From NCBI GenBank assembly GCA_012295275.1, contig CM022673.1:14260001-14324000 (forward strand): a stretch of DNA of 64,000 nt, read 5' to 3'. This document shows positions 28,509 through 42,201 of the stretch, in pieces. A program made the position numbers and the translations under genes. Numbering within the stretch: the first letter of the stretch is position 1; the number at the start of each line of letters is the position of its first letter. Source of the stretch: Chrysomallon squamiferum. Taxonomy: Eukaryota > Animalia > Mollusca. The notes below the pieces were generated by a model, which saw nothing but the letters and a program-made list of their open reading frames with translations, was not told the DNA's origin and searched no databases.

Positions 28509-29609
28509 ACGATGTTTAATGAACAAAATAAAACAACTGATTTTTAATGCCTAAGTTTTATTTTATTTATTTTTATTTTTTCTAGTTACCATAACAACGT
28601 CTGACGAGCAGAATTCTCCTATTTCGGGTTTCCTGCTTCAGGCGCGATCATCTGGTGGAAACACGCCAGTTGGAACATTCTCGAACCCGCCGCAGTACAC
28701 GAAGCTGCTGACGTGCTCTAACAGCGGCGACTCCATCACACACTCGTCCAGTGAACGCAAAGGAAGTACTGTGCAGTTTACGTGGAACCCACCCACTAAC
28801 AACGTCGGCAATGTCGTCATCAGGTATTATTGATAACATTGAATAACCACAAGAGAAAGAATCTGCACTAGTATTCTCCATACTTCATATACCTACATAC
28901 ATTCATATATAGAAACACGTACAAGCACACGCAGACACACACACGGACATACACATATACAAAGATAGGCATATATATTATACACACACTTACATCCATT
29001 CATAAATACATACATACGTAGTTTTACAAATACAGGACATACATTCATATTGTTTTAATGTGTTTTATTTTAGCGGGACAGTTGTCGCGTCAAAGCTGGT
29101 ATATTTTGGAGTGTTGAATTCTGACTCCATGTCATATTCACAAGGTATGACTTCTACACCAGGTAAAATTTAAATTGATTTTTTTTTTAGCTTTAATTTG
29201 ACTAGAAGTACTGCAATTCTTTAATTTAGTTAATGTGTACTTTATATTTTTGTTAATTACGGTATCGACGAATAAACTGTATTATACTCAGTTTTTAACT
29301 GTTGAAACCTTTAATTTTCCTGCAAACATTTAACAAGTGTTAATAGAGACTGTCTAAGCTGCAGACCTTTTAGCCTTTATCTAAATAAACATATTATTCA
29401 TCATGAACATAACCATCGTCATAATTTTCCAATTACAGGATAGATTAATGTTAAGAATATTTAATGGTTGCGATAAAAAAATGTCAGTGACGTAATCTGA
29501 TTTGTTTATAATTACAGGAAACTATGGTGTGAGACCGTCATCTAATAATATTATGGCAGCTATACTGGTTTTCGTCGCTTGTATCCTCTCCACTTTATTC
29601 TTGAAATAG
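27441..29609 (+). CDS. Reeler-domain protein (defense protein / FRRS1 N-terminal-like) with signal peptide and hydrophobic C-terminal tail; 4 exons
   Basis: Exons 27441-27627, 28586-28823, 29074-29162, 29518-29609 (TAG). Signal peptide MDFTLLSVLFSLIGIALA. Reeler motifs YPSGAPTDAC..LLPNHG, GFLLQAR, PVGTF, C..DSITHSS...K, FTWNPP, GTVV. Tail IMAAILVFVACILSTLFLK*. Confidence 0.9.
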
Positions 29610-30531
29610 TAAAATTTACCACAGCGACTGTGTCTTATGACGTCACTTTATTGTTTTTTCAGACTGAATTAGTTATATAATATTGTTAAACAAAATTTGC
29701 AATGCTGGGATCATTTACTGCAATACTTGTACCAATTTCAGCTACTGCAATAATTAGGTTTTAACAATATTTTAATATTGATCTAATATATTGCAAAAGT
29801 CTTTTATTAATATCACCTAGCAATAATATTCCAGTAAATAGAAATAAAGCCCATTGTGAATATTATTTATTTTGTTTTATTTTTTTTATTTTTTTATATA
29901 TGATTATTTTATACGTATAAAAACACAATCTAATTTGAACAAGTCAGTCAAAAGTTAAACTTTTATAAAACAAAATAAATAAATAATAATAATTATTATT
30001 AATAATAATAATAATTATTATTATTATTATTATTATTTATAATCTTGACATTAAAAATTAAAATTATTATTTTATTATTATTATTATTATTATTTTTTTT
30101 TTTTATTGTTGTCATTTTAAGAAATTTATTTCTGTTTAATCTTCAACGACTCTAGCTGGAAAATTAATGTTAAAAAGAAAAGCAGTCATTTTTATATTTG
30201 CCTTTAAGTTATAAAATCTGCCTAAATATATTTAGGATCCTGTTTGGGGTATGTGCAAATAAACTGTAAAGTTACTGAATTATAATAATGAATTTCATGC
30301 ATAAAATAATGATACTGATTTAGAATTGTGGTGATACTGTATAAATAATTAACAAAATAAAATATAATTACATGTATTTGTCACAATAATGTTTTATATA
30401 AGCGATGTAATAAAAACTGACTTTTGTTTGTGCTGCGGTTGGATTTATTTGTGTTTTTGTGTGTATTGTACGTAGGTTTGTATGTGTATATATACATATA
30501 TATATAAAAACATACATATATACATATATAT

Positions 30532-30564
<33 letters not shown>

Positions 30565-31451
30565 TACATGAAATACATATACATAAATACGTACGCACGT
30601 ATATACATACATAAATACATACAGACATACGTACGTACATATATACATACATACAGATATACATACAGACATACAGACATACACATACATACATTCAGAT
30701 ATACATAGTACAGATATACATACATACAGACACACAGACATACACATACATACAACGAGTTCTTCCATAAATAAAAAGTAAAAATATAAAATGCATTTCG
30801 TTAGCTCATACTTGTATATATATTAGTTATAAACGTGATCTCCATGAACTGAAATTCATAGGTACAGCAGTGGGGATTTCTTCTCCGATCCGCCACATAC
30901 ACCTGGCTAACGACTGAACTGATACTGACTTACTTGTTTATCATCCACTGTGAAATATCAGCCAAATAAAAAAGTGAGGTAATAACACAATTTAAACAAA
31001 TTTAAACGACTTTTTAAAAACATATTTACATATTAAATATTCATCTAATATTCACTTGGATGTATGTGTGTGCTCTGGCAGTCAGCTTCTTCTTCTTGCA
31101 TACGTTTCCTTCATTTTTGTTTATACGCACCAAACAGCCTCTCTACACAATGGCATATAGATTGAATGGATTGTCTTCGAAGATTTGGTCTAACTAGTCT
31201 AATAGTCTAAGAAATAATAAGGATGATGATGATGATGATATTAATAATAAGGAAAAGAGTATTTGACAATTCCAAATTGCAAAGTGATCAGAAAAGACGT
31301 GTCTGAAGGGCTTAGTCCCATCTGGTAGAATTCCCATTTCGTAGAAAGGCTAAATGTGGTTCAGTGGTCTTATTTACATGCTTGGTTTTACCTCAGTCAT
31401 TATAATGAATTGTTCCAGATTATCTGGAAAGCGATTATTATTGTACAAATA

Positions 31452-32113
31452 CAGTAATATCTCGCTTAACGATACCACGCTTTAACAATCTTTCTTCTTT
31501 ACAAATTATATAAATAGAAATTTAATTTAATAGTTAACTGCTCGAAATAAATGATACAAATGTATACAATGCATGTTTTTTAGTCCGTTTTCATTAATTT
31601 TTCGTTCATTCACGAGCTTCTGTCAGCTGTGTTGATCAGATGACAGGTCATACGCGCATCTGATATTCTGATTCTCTTTTCTCTTCTGCTTTGATTTAGA
31701 CTTAAACTCACTTGTAATTTACCCTTCCAATATGTCAAAACGAATAACACGATACCGGCAAATGCTGATGATAAAAAGAAACGGAAGACAATAACTTTAG
31801 AAACAAAATACATTATCTTAAATGAAACCAAACCCACAATGAACGGCATATAATTATTTCTTAATGTATTTGTATAAATTGATTTGTAAATGATTTACTG
31901 TTTACTTAATATCTATAATCTATTAAATCATTTATGTCTAAACTGCCGTTTTATTTCTCCTTATTTTACCTCTTTTTTTTTTATGTCAGATCTCATCAGC
32001 GAGAAAGTAACCACTGCTTTTAACCTTAATACTATGTAAATTAGTCTCCCGCTTACCTCACTTTACTATCGGAAATTTGGAAACAATTACATCTTTAATC
32101 TGAGGTATTATTG
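31452..32113 (+). mobile_element. Non-autonomous Tigger/pogo (Tc1-mariner) DNA transposon remnant
   Basis: Left end TA-CAGTAATATCTCGCTTAACGA. Right end reverse-complements to TA-CAATAATACCTCAGATTAAAGA. TA flanks on both sides. Internal relic near 31770-31825 reads KKKRKTITLETKYIILNE, typical of the CENP-B/Tigger N-terminal HTH start. Confidence 0.7.
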
Positions 32114-32731
32114 TAGTATGGATATCGCTTATCGCATAAAGTATGCAAATATGACAAATATCGAAATAATCTATGTATCGAATATAGTGAATGTAAATAA
32201 TTAAAAAAGAAGGTATTTATCTAAAAGTATTCCCAATGATTTGGTCCTTCGTGTAAACTTTTTCACTCATAGCCAAAGTATTTGCAGGTCATAATATCTT
32301 TTGTGTACATACTATTAATATACTATGTCACATATATTGTATAATATGTGCACAATGTGAATATGTATGTGTGCATAACGTAAATATGATTAGTAACAGA
32401 TATCTTGTACATGTTTAAGCTGAATACGGTTGAATTCGAAAAGTTAATGATAAATGTAACGTTCAAATATTCTATTTACTGAATATAAGTAAATTACTCA
32501 TATGTAAAATATGTTTTGTTAAAAATTATATTGCTGAATTAGTTATTTGTAATATTTTTCTCGTATTCTCTTACAGAAGCAAGCCATTTTTCTTTTCTTT
32601 CATTCTTTTTTCGTTTTGTTTTTTAATAGATAGATGAAATTGATGTAAAATTGTTTATTATTGGTTGCTTGTTTTGTAACGGAAAGGAAATGTTTATGAA
32701 TTAGAAATGACCAGTTTAAAAAATAATAATG

Positions 32732-32779
<48 letters not shown>

Positions 32780-33179
32780 GTAATTATAATAAGAAGAATA
32801 AGAATAATAATAATAACAACAACAATAATAATAGTAATAATATTATAATAATAATAATAATGTTGATGATGATAATGAGAAGGAGGAAGATGATGAAATA
32901 ATGAAAAAGTAACAAATCTACAACAAATGAGTTATGAACGCTTATTCTGCTTTCGGTTGATGTTACATAATCGATTTAGGAACAATGCGCTCCGCCTCTG
33001 AATGTTAGAAAGAAACCAGATGTATGCACAAGCCAGGTTCATTATATACAGAGGTAATCAGGTATTGTGGTAGACGAGCTTTTTCTACGAAATGGGAATT
33101 CTACCAAATGGGAAGAGACCGTCTGAAGCTATGTGGACAAATAACCCAAATAAATAAATAATTTTGTTTAACATACAAA

Positions 33180-33218
<39 letters not shown>

Positions 33219-34495
33219 GAGAGTAACTTAATAAGTAAGTAAATAAATTAAAAAATAATAAGAAAATAAAACACTTTAAAAATAGATTTTGTTTCACAAC
33301 TGGAATTCAGTTAATTTTTCTATAAGGGCTTTTCAAACGAAAACAACTGCAACATTAGCAACAACACTCTCAACGAAGACGTTGACGTAGTCAGGAAAGG
33401 TACGTTTTTGTTCATCAGTCACGTGTCACTAGATATTATTTTCATACGCCTTGTTGTCAATAAATAGAAAAAAATAAAAATATAAGAGAAAAAAAATCTT
33501 AATTCAGGCCACTTACACCAAAATTAATATTAAATATTATTCTGATTCCCCCCTAATGACGTAATATATCGGTAGAAGTAAATTAATAAGCCGTTGACAA
33601 GGCCATTTGCTGTCCTAGTTTTTCTTTCCCGTGGTTATGTATCCAAAATTTTATCAATTTCAAAGCATGATTTATTTTTTTTTTTTTTTGAGTCATTATT
33701 TATTTAGCGAAAAATGTTCATTAACTGACGTACAAAAATATCAATGATGGATGGTCATACAAATAAAGTTGACATTTTTGTCTAGGTGATATATTTAACG
33801 GTTACATGCGTGATCTGGTTTCAAGTGTGTGTGTAGTATATATGCTCAAATATGTTACGATAAACACACAAATACCATACATACAGATAAATACGTCTTT
33901 ATGATAATAATAATAACAACAACAACAACAACAATAATAATAATAATAATAATAAATCCAAGATGTTTATGTATTTGTTTGTTTGTTGGTTTGTTTCTAT
34001 ATTATTTATTTATTTATTTATTTATTGTATATGTATAAATCTTACTCGTGTTTATTAACAGAGCAACAAGTTGGTCTGACAGTTAAAATTCTGAATGTGT
34101 GTAGACTGTAACATTTCTGATATTTTGGAAACTGAGACTTACACTGTTTATTCAAACCTTTCTCTTTGACCCTAACTTTTTGTCGAAATGTGTTTAACCT
34201 TTCTGTTCAAATATTTGTCGAGACATCAGCATACAATGACGATACGATCAAATGTGCGTTTTGTATACTTTCATGTTATTTTTAAACAAAATAAATTATT
34301 CTTTTTCTTCGTGTTATTGTCGTTGATCATATTATAAATATTATTAATATCTTAACTGTTCGATTAAAGCAAACAATTCTTTGCAGGTAGAGAGCTTTTT
34401 TCGGAGAGAACGTTAATTTTTGAGAGGTAATTGTTACGATGTTTATTTATTTATTTATTTACTATTTTTTATCATCATCATCATCATCATCATCA

Positions 34496-34559
<64 letters not shown>

Positions 34560-34680
34560 TTTATTTACTTTTTTTATGCAAAGATTCTGTTCAAACAAAA
34601 TAATAAGTTGGAAATTAACAGATTAATCTACTCTAATTTATTTATTTATTTATTTATCATTATTATTATTATTATTTTTA

Positions 34681-34714
<34 letters not shown>

Positions 34715-35173
34715 TGATGGATGATCATGGACTGAAAAGCTGACTTATTAGCGTGATGTTGTAAATTGAACACCAGGACATCAATTATCATATAACTTGG
34801 TGCTTAGTATTGAAGATAGAATTGAGAGAGAGTGAGATATCGGTCTGTGTGTGTGTGTGTGTGTGCGTGCGTCTGCGTGTGTGTGTCTGTGTGTGTATTT
34901 GATATCTTGATATCTTGGCCCTCTTCCAAAACACTGCATAACTGTCTGCCCCCCTCTCTTCAAAAGGTTGTCCACCCCTTTGTAAAATGCTAACATTTGG
35001 CGGAGTACAGTATACTGTATACAAATAATACAGTATAGAGTTACCTACGCCGTTGTGCGCACGAATTACATTTGGAGAAGAAAAAAGTAGATAATAAATA
35101 AATAAATTTGTTATGACAAGAGAAATATGCCACCATAAATAAAGAATTAAAGTTTCTATTCATATGAAATGAC

Positions 35174-35318
35174 TGTAACTAGAGTAACCTGTCTTTGAGT
35201 AATATTTGGACCCGAACAACAAAATGCTCAAGTTCAAGCGTACAGAGGGGGTAAATGAACGCGAGCCTTTTCTTGTTCGGGTCCAAATATTACTCAAGGA
35301 CAGATTACTCTAATTACA
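35174..35318. repeat. Long inverted repeat (63-bp arms, 19-nt loop); MITE-like or hairpin RNA
   Basis: 35174-35236 versus the reverse complement of 35256-35318: 56/63 identical by manual alignment. Confidence 0.9.
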
Positions 35319-35796
35319 AAAACTTTACCGCTTTCAGTAACAGTTGTGTTATTGCGACAGGTTTTCATTGAAAAGTATTGTATTGGTAAATTATCTTTAT
35401 TTTTTATTTGGTTATTTTTTCGTTCGAAATGTAAATAACAGTTAAATCAGATAATAACCTATTTATGAAATACCAAGAGAAATATTAAAAAAAAAAAAAA
35501 AATTATTATTAAATAAACATAATAAAAAGGAATGTTTTTATTAACTTTCATTATTACACATACGTTAATTTTATTTTGTTTTACTTTAAACTGAAAGGTG
35601 AACATTTATAAACACTGAAGAATATCATAATTATCATTATTTACTCAAATTTATGTTTGAATTTTTGATCATTAAAACTTGTTTCGTTAAAACAAATTAT
35701 AGTTTAACTTGATACAAATTTCTGAAATTGATTTACACATGATTGACCTGGGCATGGTTAGTTAATGTCTAAATGGATTTTAATTGTTAATCGTTA

Positions 35797-35830
<34 letters not shown>

Positions 35831-35832
<2 letters not shown>

Positions 35833-35942
35833 CAATTTCTAATTCTGGAGTTGCAATAATTCCTTCTTATATATATATATATATGATCCTGGTAATATAT
35901 ATATAAGAAGGAATTATTGCAACTCCTGAATTAGAAACTGAA
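35831..35942. repeat. Inverted repeat (~46-bp arms) beside a (TA)n tract; MITE-like
   Basis: ttcaatttctaattctggagttgcaataattccttcttatatatat versus the reverse complement of the right arm, ttcagtttctaattcaggagttgcaataattccttcttatatatat: 2 mismatches. Confidence 0.9.
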
Positions 35943-36145
35943 ATAATTAAATTGCAGTCAGTTTATAGAAATAGGTAAATATTTTTATTTTTGCATTATT
36001 ATGGAATGACAATAATAAAGAGAACAGATAATAAATTTGAAATCTTTAAATATTGTTTCATCAGATCATTTACTGTTTACTTACTGGCAAGTTTAACTCT
36101 TTTTTTTTTTTTTTTTTTGTTGTTGAAGAAACCCAAAAGAACAAG

Positions 36146-39100
36146 ATGGACAATAATGACCACCCTGAACTAAACCCCCAGACTTCATACTATTATAGTT
36201 ACATGCCTCCTATGTTTTCTGGTGTACAGGAAAGTTACACTACATCTTTTCAACCAAATCCATATCAATATTACATGTACCAGCCTCAACCGTATGATTA
36301 CTCTGTTTACCAACAACAGTATGTTCAAAGTGCTGATCCTGGTAATTTTGCTGAATTTAATCAGCAGAACTCGACTCATTCATACCGTCAGAATCGTCCA
36401 CGAGTCAAAACTGGTGAAAATTTCTATACTGACACTTCTTCCAGTTCCAGACCTGCGAGTGGGATTTCAGAAAACAGCCAGCCTAATAATTACCATGGTA
36501 ACAGCAACAATAATGCCAGCAATTCTCCTAGTAATAGTTACAGGAACAGGGATACTCACCATCAAGGAGGCCGACAGAAACAGTCTCGTGGTGGCAGATA
36601 CTCTAATGATAAAAGTCACATTAACAAGCCAGAGCAGCAGTCTGCTACATCTGAAAGCTCATTCAGAGGTAGAAACACAAGATCTAGAGGAGTTTCCTGG
36701 AAATCTTATCAGGATTCAAGATCTTCTAACACTCGTTTAGATAGTGTGGAGGATGCTGGTACTGATGGAACAAAGAAAATGTCAGATGGAATCAAAACAA
36801 AACACAGAGATTCAACACGAGGAGGGTTTTCTAGGAAAAATGATTTTAGAAATAATCGTGGCAGCAGATCATACTCCAACCAAGATGTCCGTTCCAAAAT
36901 GAATGGAAGTTCTAGAGTGAAAGCAGAAGAAGAAGAAAATCAGAGAGGTTTGACAAATAATTGAAATACCAGTCTTTAATCAAATGTACTTTAGTCTTTT
37001 TTATTATTATTTTTATTATTATTATTATTATTATTTTTTTTTTTCCCATACAGTTACTGTGAGATCTTACAGCATAATGCAAAATATTTTTATAATATTA
37101 ACTTAATTCTGTTATAATTACAATTTACCATTTTATTATAAAGACTTTTTTTTTTCTTTTCTTTTTTCTAGTCTTTTATCTTATTTTTAGTTGTTATCAT
37201 ATTTTAAATTTTAAATTTTTAAACTAATCAAAGTATCCATCTAGTACAGAGAAGTAAACAAATTTTACAGTTTATCTTTGCTATGATTTTCATGTTTGCA
37301 GTGCTAACTTTTCTTACAGCGACACTGATAGAGCAGTTGTCACGTGGTTGTTACGAGTGCATGGTTTGCTGTGACAACATCCGCTGTGAAGCTGCAGTGT
37401 GGAGTTGTTCAAACTGTTTCCATGTTTTTCATCTTGGATGTATAAAAAAATGGGCCAGATCTCCAGCTGCAGTGGAAGGTATGTAAAAAGTTTTATCATC
37501 AGCTAATCTTGTCTGTAAATAATGTGCTTATCTGAAGGTCAAGATAACAGGATTTCCTTTTGATAAAGATCAGTCGGTTTTGTTTGTGAATAATGTTAAA
37601 AGATGTATTCCCTGTCTTAAGATAATTTAACTGATAAAGAACATGTTAACATCCATTTGAAACAGTTAAATTTATTACAGTTAATATAATAATAATGGAA
37701 AGTTATGCAATTATTATTCTGTTACTGAAAACAAATGATGTATTGAGAAAAATAATGTATGACTGTCACCAGTATACTGAAACATCTATGACAAGGTTCG
37801 TGTATTAAAAAAAATGTAACAATATAAAAAATTACTGCTTGTGGCTTGAAATGGATGATACAGGTTACAACTGTGACATAATCATTATAAAATATATGTC
37901 ACCTGAAATCTGTCAGTAAAATGTTCTAAATAAAATAATTTTTTTATATATGAGTAACATACACATATGTAATGATTTAAATAGACATTTATTCATATAT
38001 AAATAACATGCATACATAGTATTATTAATAAAAATAATTTAAATAGACATATTTATTTATATATAAATAACATATACACGTGATGTTATTGTCATTGTTA
38101 ATATAATATTTTGAACAAAGATATATATATATATATATATATATTTTTTATTTATATATAAATAACATATACACATGTAATGTTATTATTCTTTATTTTC
38201 AGGTGATGGTTCAGGCTGGAGATGTCCAGCTTGTCAGAATATTTCAGGACGTGTGCCTTTCCAATATCGCTGTTTCTGTGGTGTGTACTTTCACTTTGTA
38301 CTTTACATTTGCATTATTATTGAGCATCACTGAATGATAATGTTATAAAAATGTATTCTTGTTTGACTTTAAACAACAACTGTCTAAGAATAAAATATTT
38401 TAAGAGGTGAATCAGTAAGTCTGGTTGATGATATAAACTGAACTGAACTAAAAAAAATCTGATTAATTGTGAAAAAAAACAAACAAACAAATTCACTAAT
38501 TTTATTTTAAATAAAGATTATTTAAACACTGTAAAGTTTAATGAAATCTAGTTGCAATATGGTTCATGATGTCTATGTGTTGTGGTTGATGATGTTTATG
38601 TGTGTTGTCAGGTAAAGTTCGTGACCCTGTGTACATCAGGAACGACACACCTCACAGCTGTGGAGATGTTTGTAACAAGAAGCGTAAAGGAGATTGCTCT
38701 CACCACTGTACCCTGTGAGTTCACTGCTGTCTTCAGTTTTATTAGTGTACAAACTGTTCATTATTTAAATACTTAACATCAGTGTTATTTGTGTGTAAAC
38801 TGACATTTTAATATTTAAATATTTAACATCGGTGTTACTGGTGTGTAAACTGACATTTTAATATTTGAAAACTAAATCTTAGAAAACTAATTAAAGACAG
38901 GAGCATCTGTTCACATTATTACTGAATTTTTCTGAAGAGAATATTTAATATTTACGTCTAGGTATAATATTTAATTACAGTTAATAATTTAATTATCTAA
39001 ATAGTAATAATTGATAATATTTTGACAGTTCAAAAATATATAAATTAGTTATAGAACTATTTGTATGAGTGTGTTAGAATTATTTTATTGGTTAGTGTTT

Positions 39101-39514
39101 TATGATTCAATATTGTCTGTAGCACAGTGGTAGACAACTTACATCAGGTCATGTGATACATCCCATGTAGGGTACACATTGGTCTAATATCCTGTTCCAT
39201 TTACTGTTCCTGGCTTTTTAATCAATGCCTTACACTTTCCAGTTTTTAGAAAAATTAGCTTATAAAATATTTTTTTGGTTTGTTTGGTGTAGTCTGTGAT
39301 GTGATGGAATCCTCTCTTCTTACACTGAGTCATGTGATGTTAAAATGAAACTGAGATAAATGTTTATTTTGTGTTGCAGACTTTGTCATCCAGGACCATG
39401 TCCACCATGCAGTTCCTTGAAAACTCAAACCTGTGACTGTGGAAGAACCAAGTAAACACAGTTGTTTTGTTATTTTATTATTATTATTATTATTATTATT
39501 ATATTTTTTTATTT

Positions 39515-39553
<39 letters not shown>

Positions 39554-42111
39554 TATTTTTTTTTTTTTTTTTTTTTTTGTTATTTACCTAAAACTGGCAT
39601 AATGGTATATATTAGACATAGACACATACATATTTAGATAGACAGATATACATACACATATAAATATTTGTAGATACATACATACATACATAGAAAATAC
39701 AGAGAGAGAGAATGAATTGGTTGCAGGTTTCTATTGGGACTGTGTCAGTGTTATATTTATTATTTTATTTTATGTGTTTGTGTGTACTGTATACTGTATT
39801 TTATTGTATTTTATATATGTACTTGTTATTGGGGGTTTTGTTCTTTTTTAGTTTTTCTCTTTTTTTTCTTTTTGTGATATGTGGTTTTTATTCTGGGGGG
39901 GTTATGTGCAAGTTTTATAATTTGTGTCTGTCTTATTGTTGTTTCACTTAATTTTTTTTAATTTTTTATCAAAGGTTGTGGAATGTACTGCTCTGTATAA
40001 TTATCTTGTTAATTGAGTGAATTTTGACACATTAAAAGTTAATTAATATATTAATATAAATATTACATTAAGCAAATATTTGTAAATTTATTTACTTTGA
40101 GTGTTTGTTCCAAATCATGTTTGATGCTGATTTGTGTAACATAAAAATTATATGAATTTAAAAAAAAGACATTTTGTGTGATTAGAACAAACAAGCATAT
40201 GCAGGAAAAAATATTTATTTATTAAAGATGTGTTTTATAAATTGATTGTACACAGACACAATTTTGAAAGTTTCTTTGTGAAATTTATTTTTCTTTTATG
40301 TTTCTTATATTGATATGAATCACTGTATACTGTATACATTGTCGTTTTTTTTGAAAAAGTCATTCTATAATTTTATTTATTATTAAGAAATGTTTCTTTT
40401 TTTTAATAATTCCTTTTAAAAAAAATGAGAGAACGAGATGGGGGGGGGAAATCACTACTTGTTAAAAAGATCAAATTGCAAAAGTCGTTATTTTAGCTGA
40501 GCTAATGTTAAATAGTTTAGTGTTTTCATATTTTATATTTTATTTCTTACAGACAGACAAAGAGATGTGGACAGGAAGTGAGTTTTAAGTGTGACATTGT
40601 GTGTACGGAACTGCTCAACTGTAAAAAACACACATGTGACCAGGTGTGTCATTCAGGCAGCTGTCGAAAATGTTCTGTGATAATCAAACAAGGTATCACG
40701 ATACAGGGATTTTTTACAATGTATAGCATAGGTTCTAATAACAAATTGTAACACACACGAAACTAGAAAATGTTATAACGTTACTTTCTGTGTTTTTTTT
40801 TTAAATATGGTGCTGTAATTCTTGGAAAACTGTGATTATTTGAGGGAGATAAATTCTGATAACGTTCAGAATGATGAGAATTATGTTTTAAAATGACTGA
40901 TAGTTTTGTTGGGTTTTTTTCTTTCAGCTTGTTTTGGTGGTCACACTGAAAGGGAGATAATCTGTGGAAGTCCTGAATCCAGTGAAGTTTCATTTTGTTG
41001 TGGAGAAAAATGCAATAAGTAAGTGTTTTTTGGTTAATTATTTGGTTTTATTATTATTATTATCATCATCATCATTATTATTATTATTGTTATTGTTATT
41101 GTTATTATTATTGTTATTTTTTAATTTTGATTGGCATGATTAAAATAAACATATTTATTATATTATTTTAATTCAGTTCTCACTGGAATGAGGCATAGTT
41201 TTATTAAATTTGTTTGTAGGAACATTTTGCCACATTCCATATAGTTGTGATTTCCCAATCCAGCTATAACACAACCTTTATACCTTTAAAACAGTGGTAT
41301 GTACTCTCCTGTCTGTGGGAAGGCAGTAATAAGATATGTTTGATGGGAAGTTGTAAGAGAAATTCAATTAAGGATGCCATTTTTCTTTTTTAATGTTTTT
41401 AGAAAACTAAACAATAGTTAATTAATATTAAAATCCTTAAAATTCTCAATAATTTCCCTTCATTACTTTCACAGGTTTGAATCCCCTATATTATTTTAAT
41501 ATAATGCACATTAACTGATATTTTTCTTAAAATAGAACATTTGTCTTATTTAAAACAACAATGTGTTGTAATTAAAACAAAACATATTTTATTTAAAACA
41601 AAACGTACCTTTTATTTAAAATGATACTTACATGTTAACATGTAAAACAAAACTTAACAGAAAACTGAAGTGTGGAAATCACTACTGTGATCTGATCTGT
41701 CATGAGGGGGAGTGTGGACCTTGTCCTAGAATGCCAGGTCATGTGACCCACTGCCCATGTGGCAAGACTTCACTGTCTGAAGTTGATGTCCCCACCCGGG
41801 AATCATGCCTGGATCCTCTCTACACCTGTAATAACACCTGTGATAAACCTCTCACCTGTGGTCCTAAAGGTAAAATAAAACTGTAAACAAATTACCCGTG
41901 TATGTGTGTCTGGAAGTGTTTGCTTGTAAAATTATAAATGGGGAATAAAAGACATCAGGCAGTACCAGTGTCAGATTTCTGAAGAAAATGTTATGACATA
42001 AAAATAAAAATAAAGTTTTAATAAAATTCAAAATATCTGATCAGTGAGCTGAATTTATCTCTTATGCATACAGCAAGCATGGATGTGCACACACACACGG
42101 ACACAGACACA

Positions 42112-42162
<51 letters not shown>

Positions 42163-42170
42163 ACACACAG

Positions 42171-42201
<31 letters not shown>

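Noticed and set aside
36160-36200. PAM2 motif in the NFX1 N-terminus (ELNPQTSYY)
   Set aside because: Only LNP matches; the A-x-x-F-x-P core is absent.
39118-39215. gtagcacagtggtag, a tRNA/SINE A-box-like start
   Set aside because: No cloverleaf or intact B box; at most a very decayed SINE that I cannot support.
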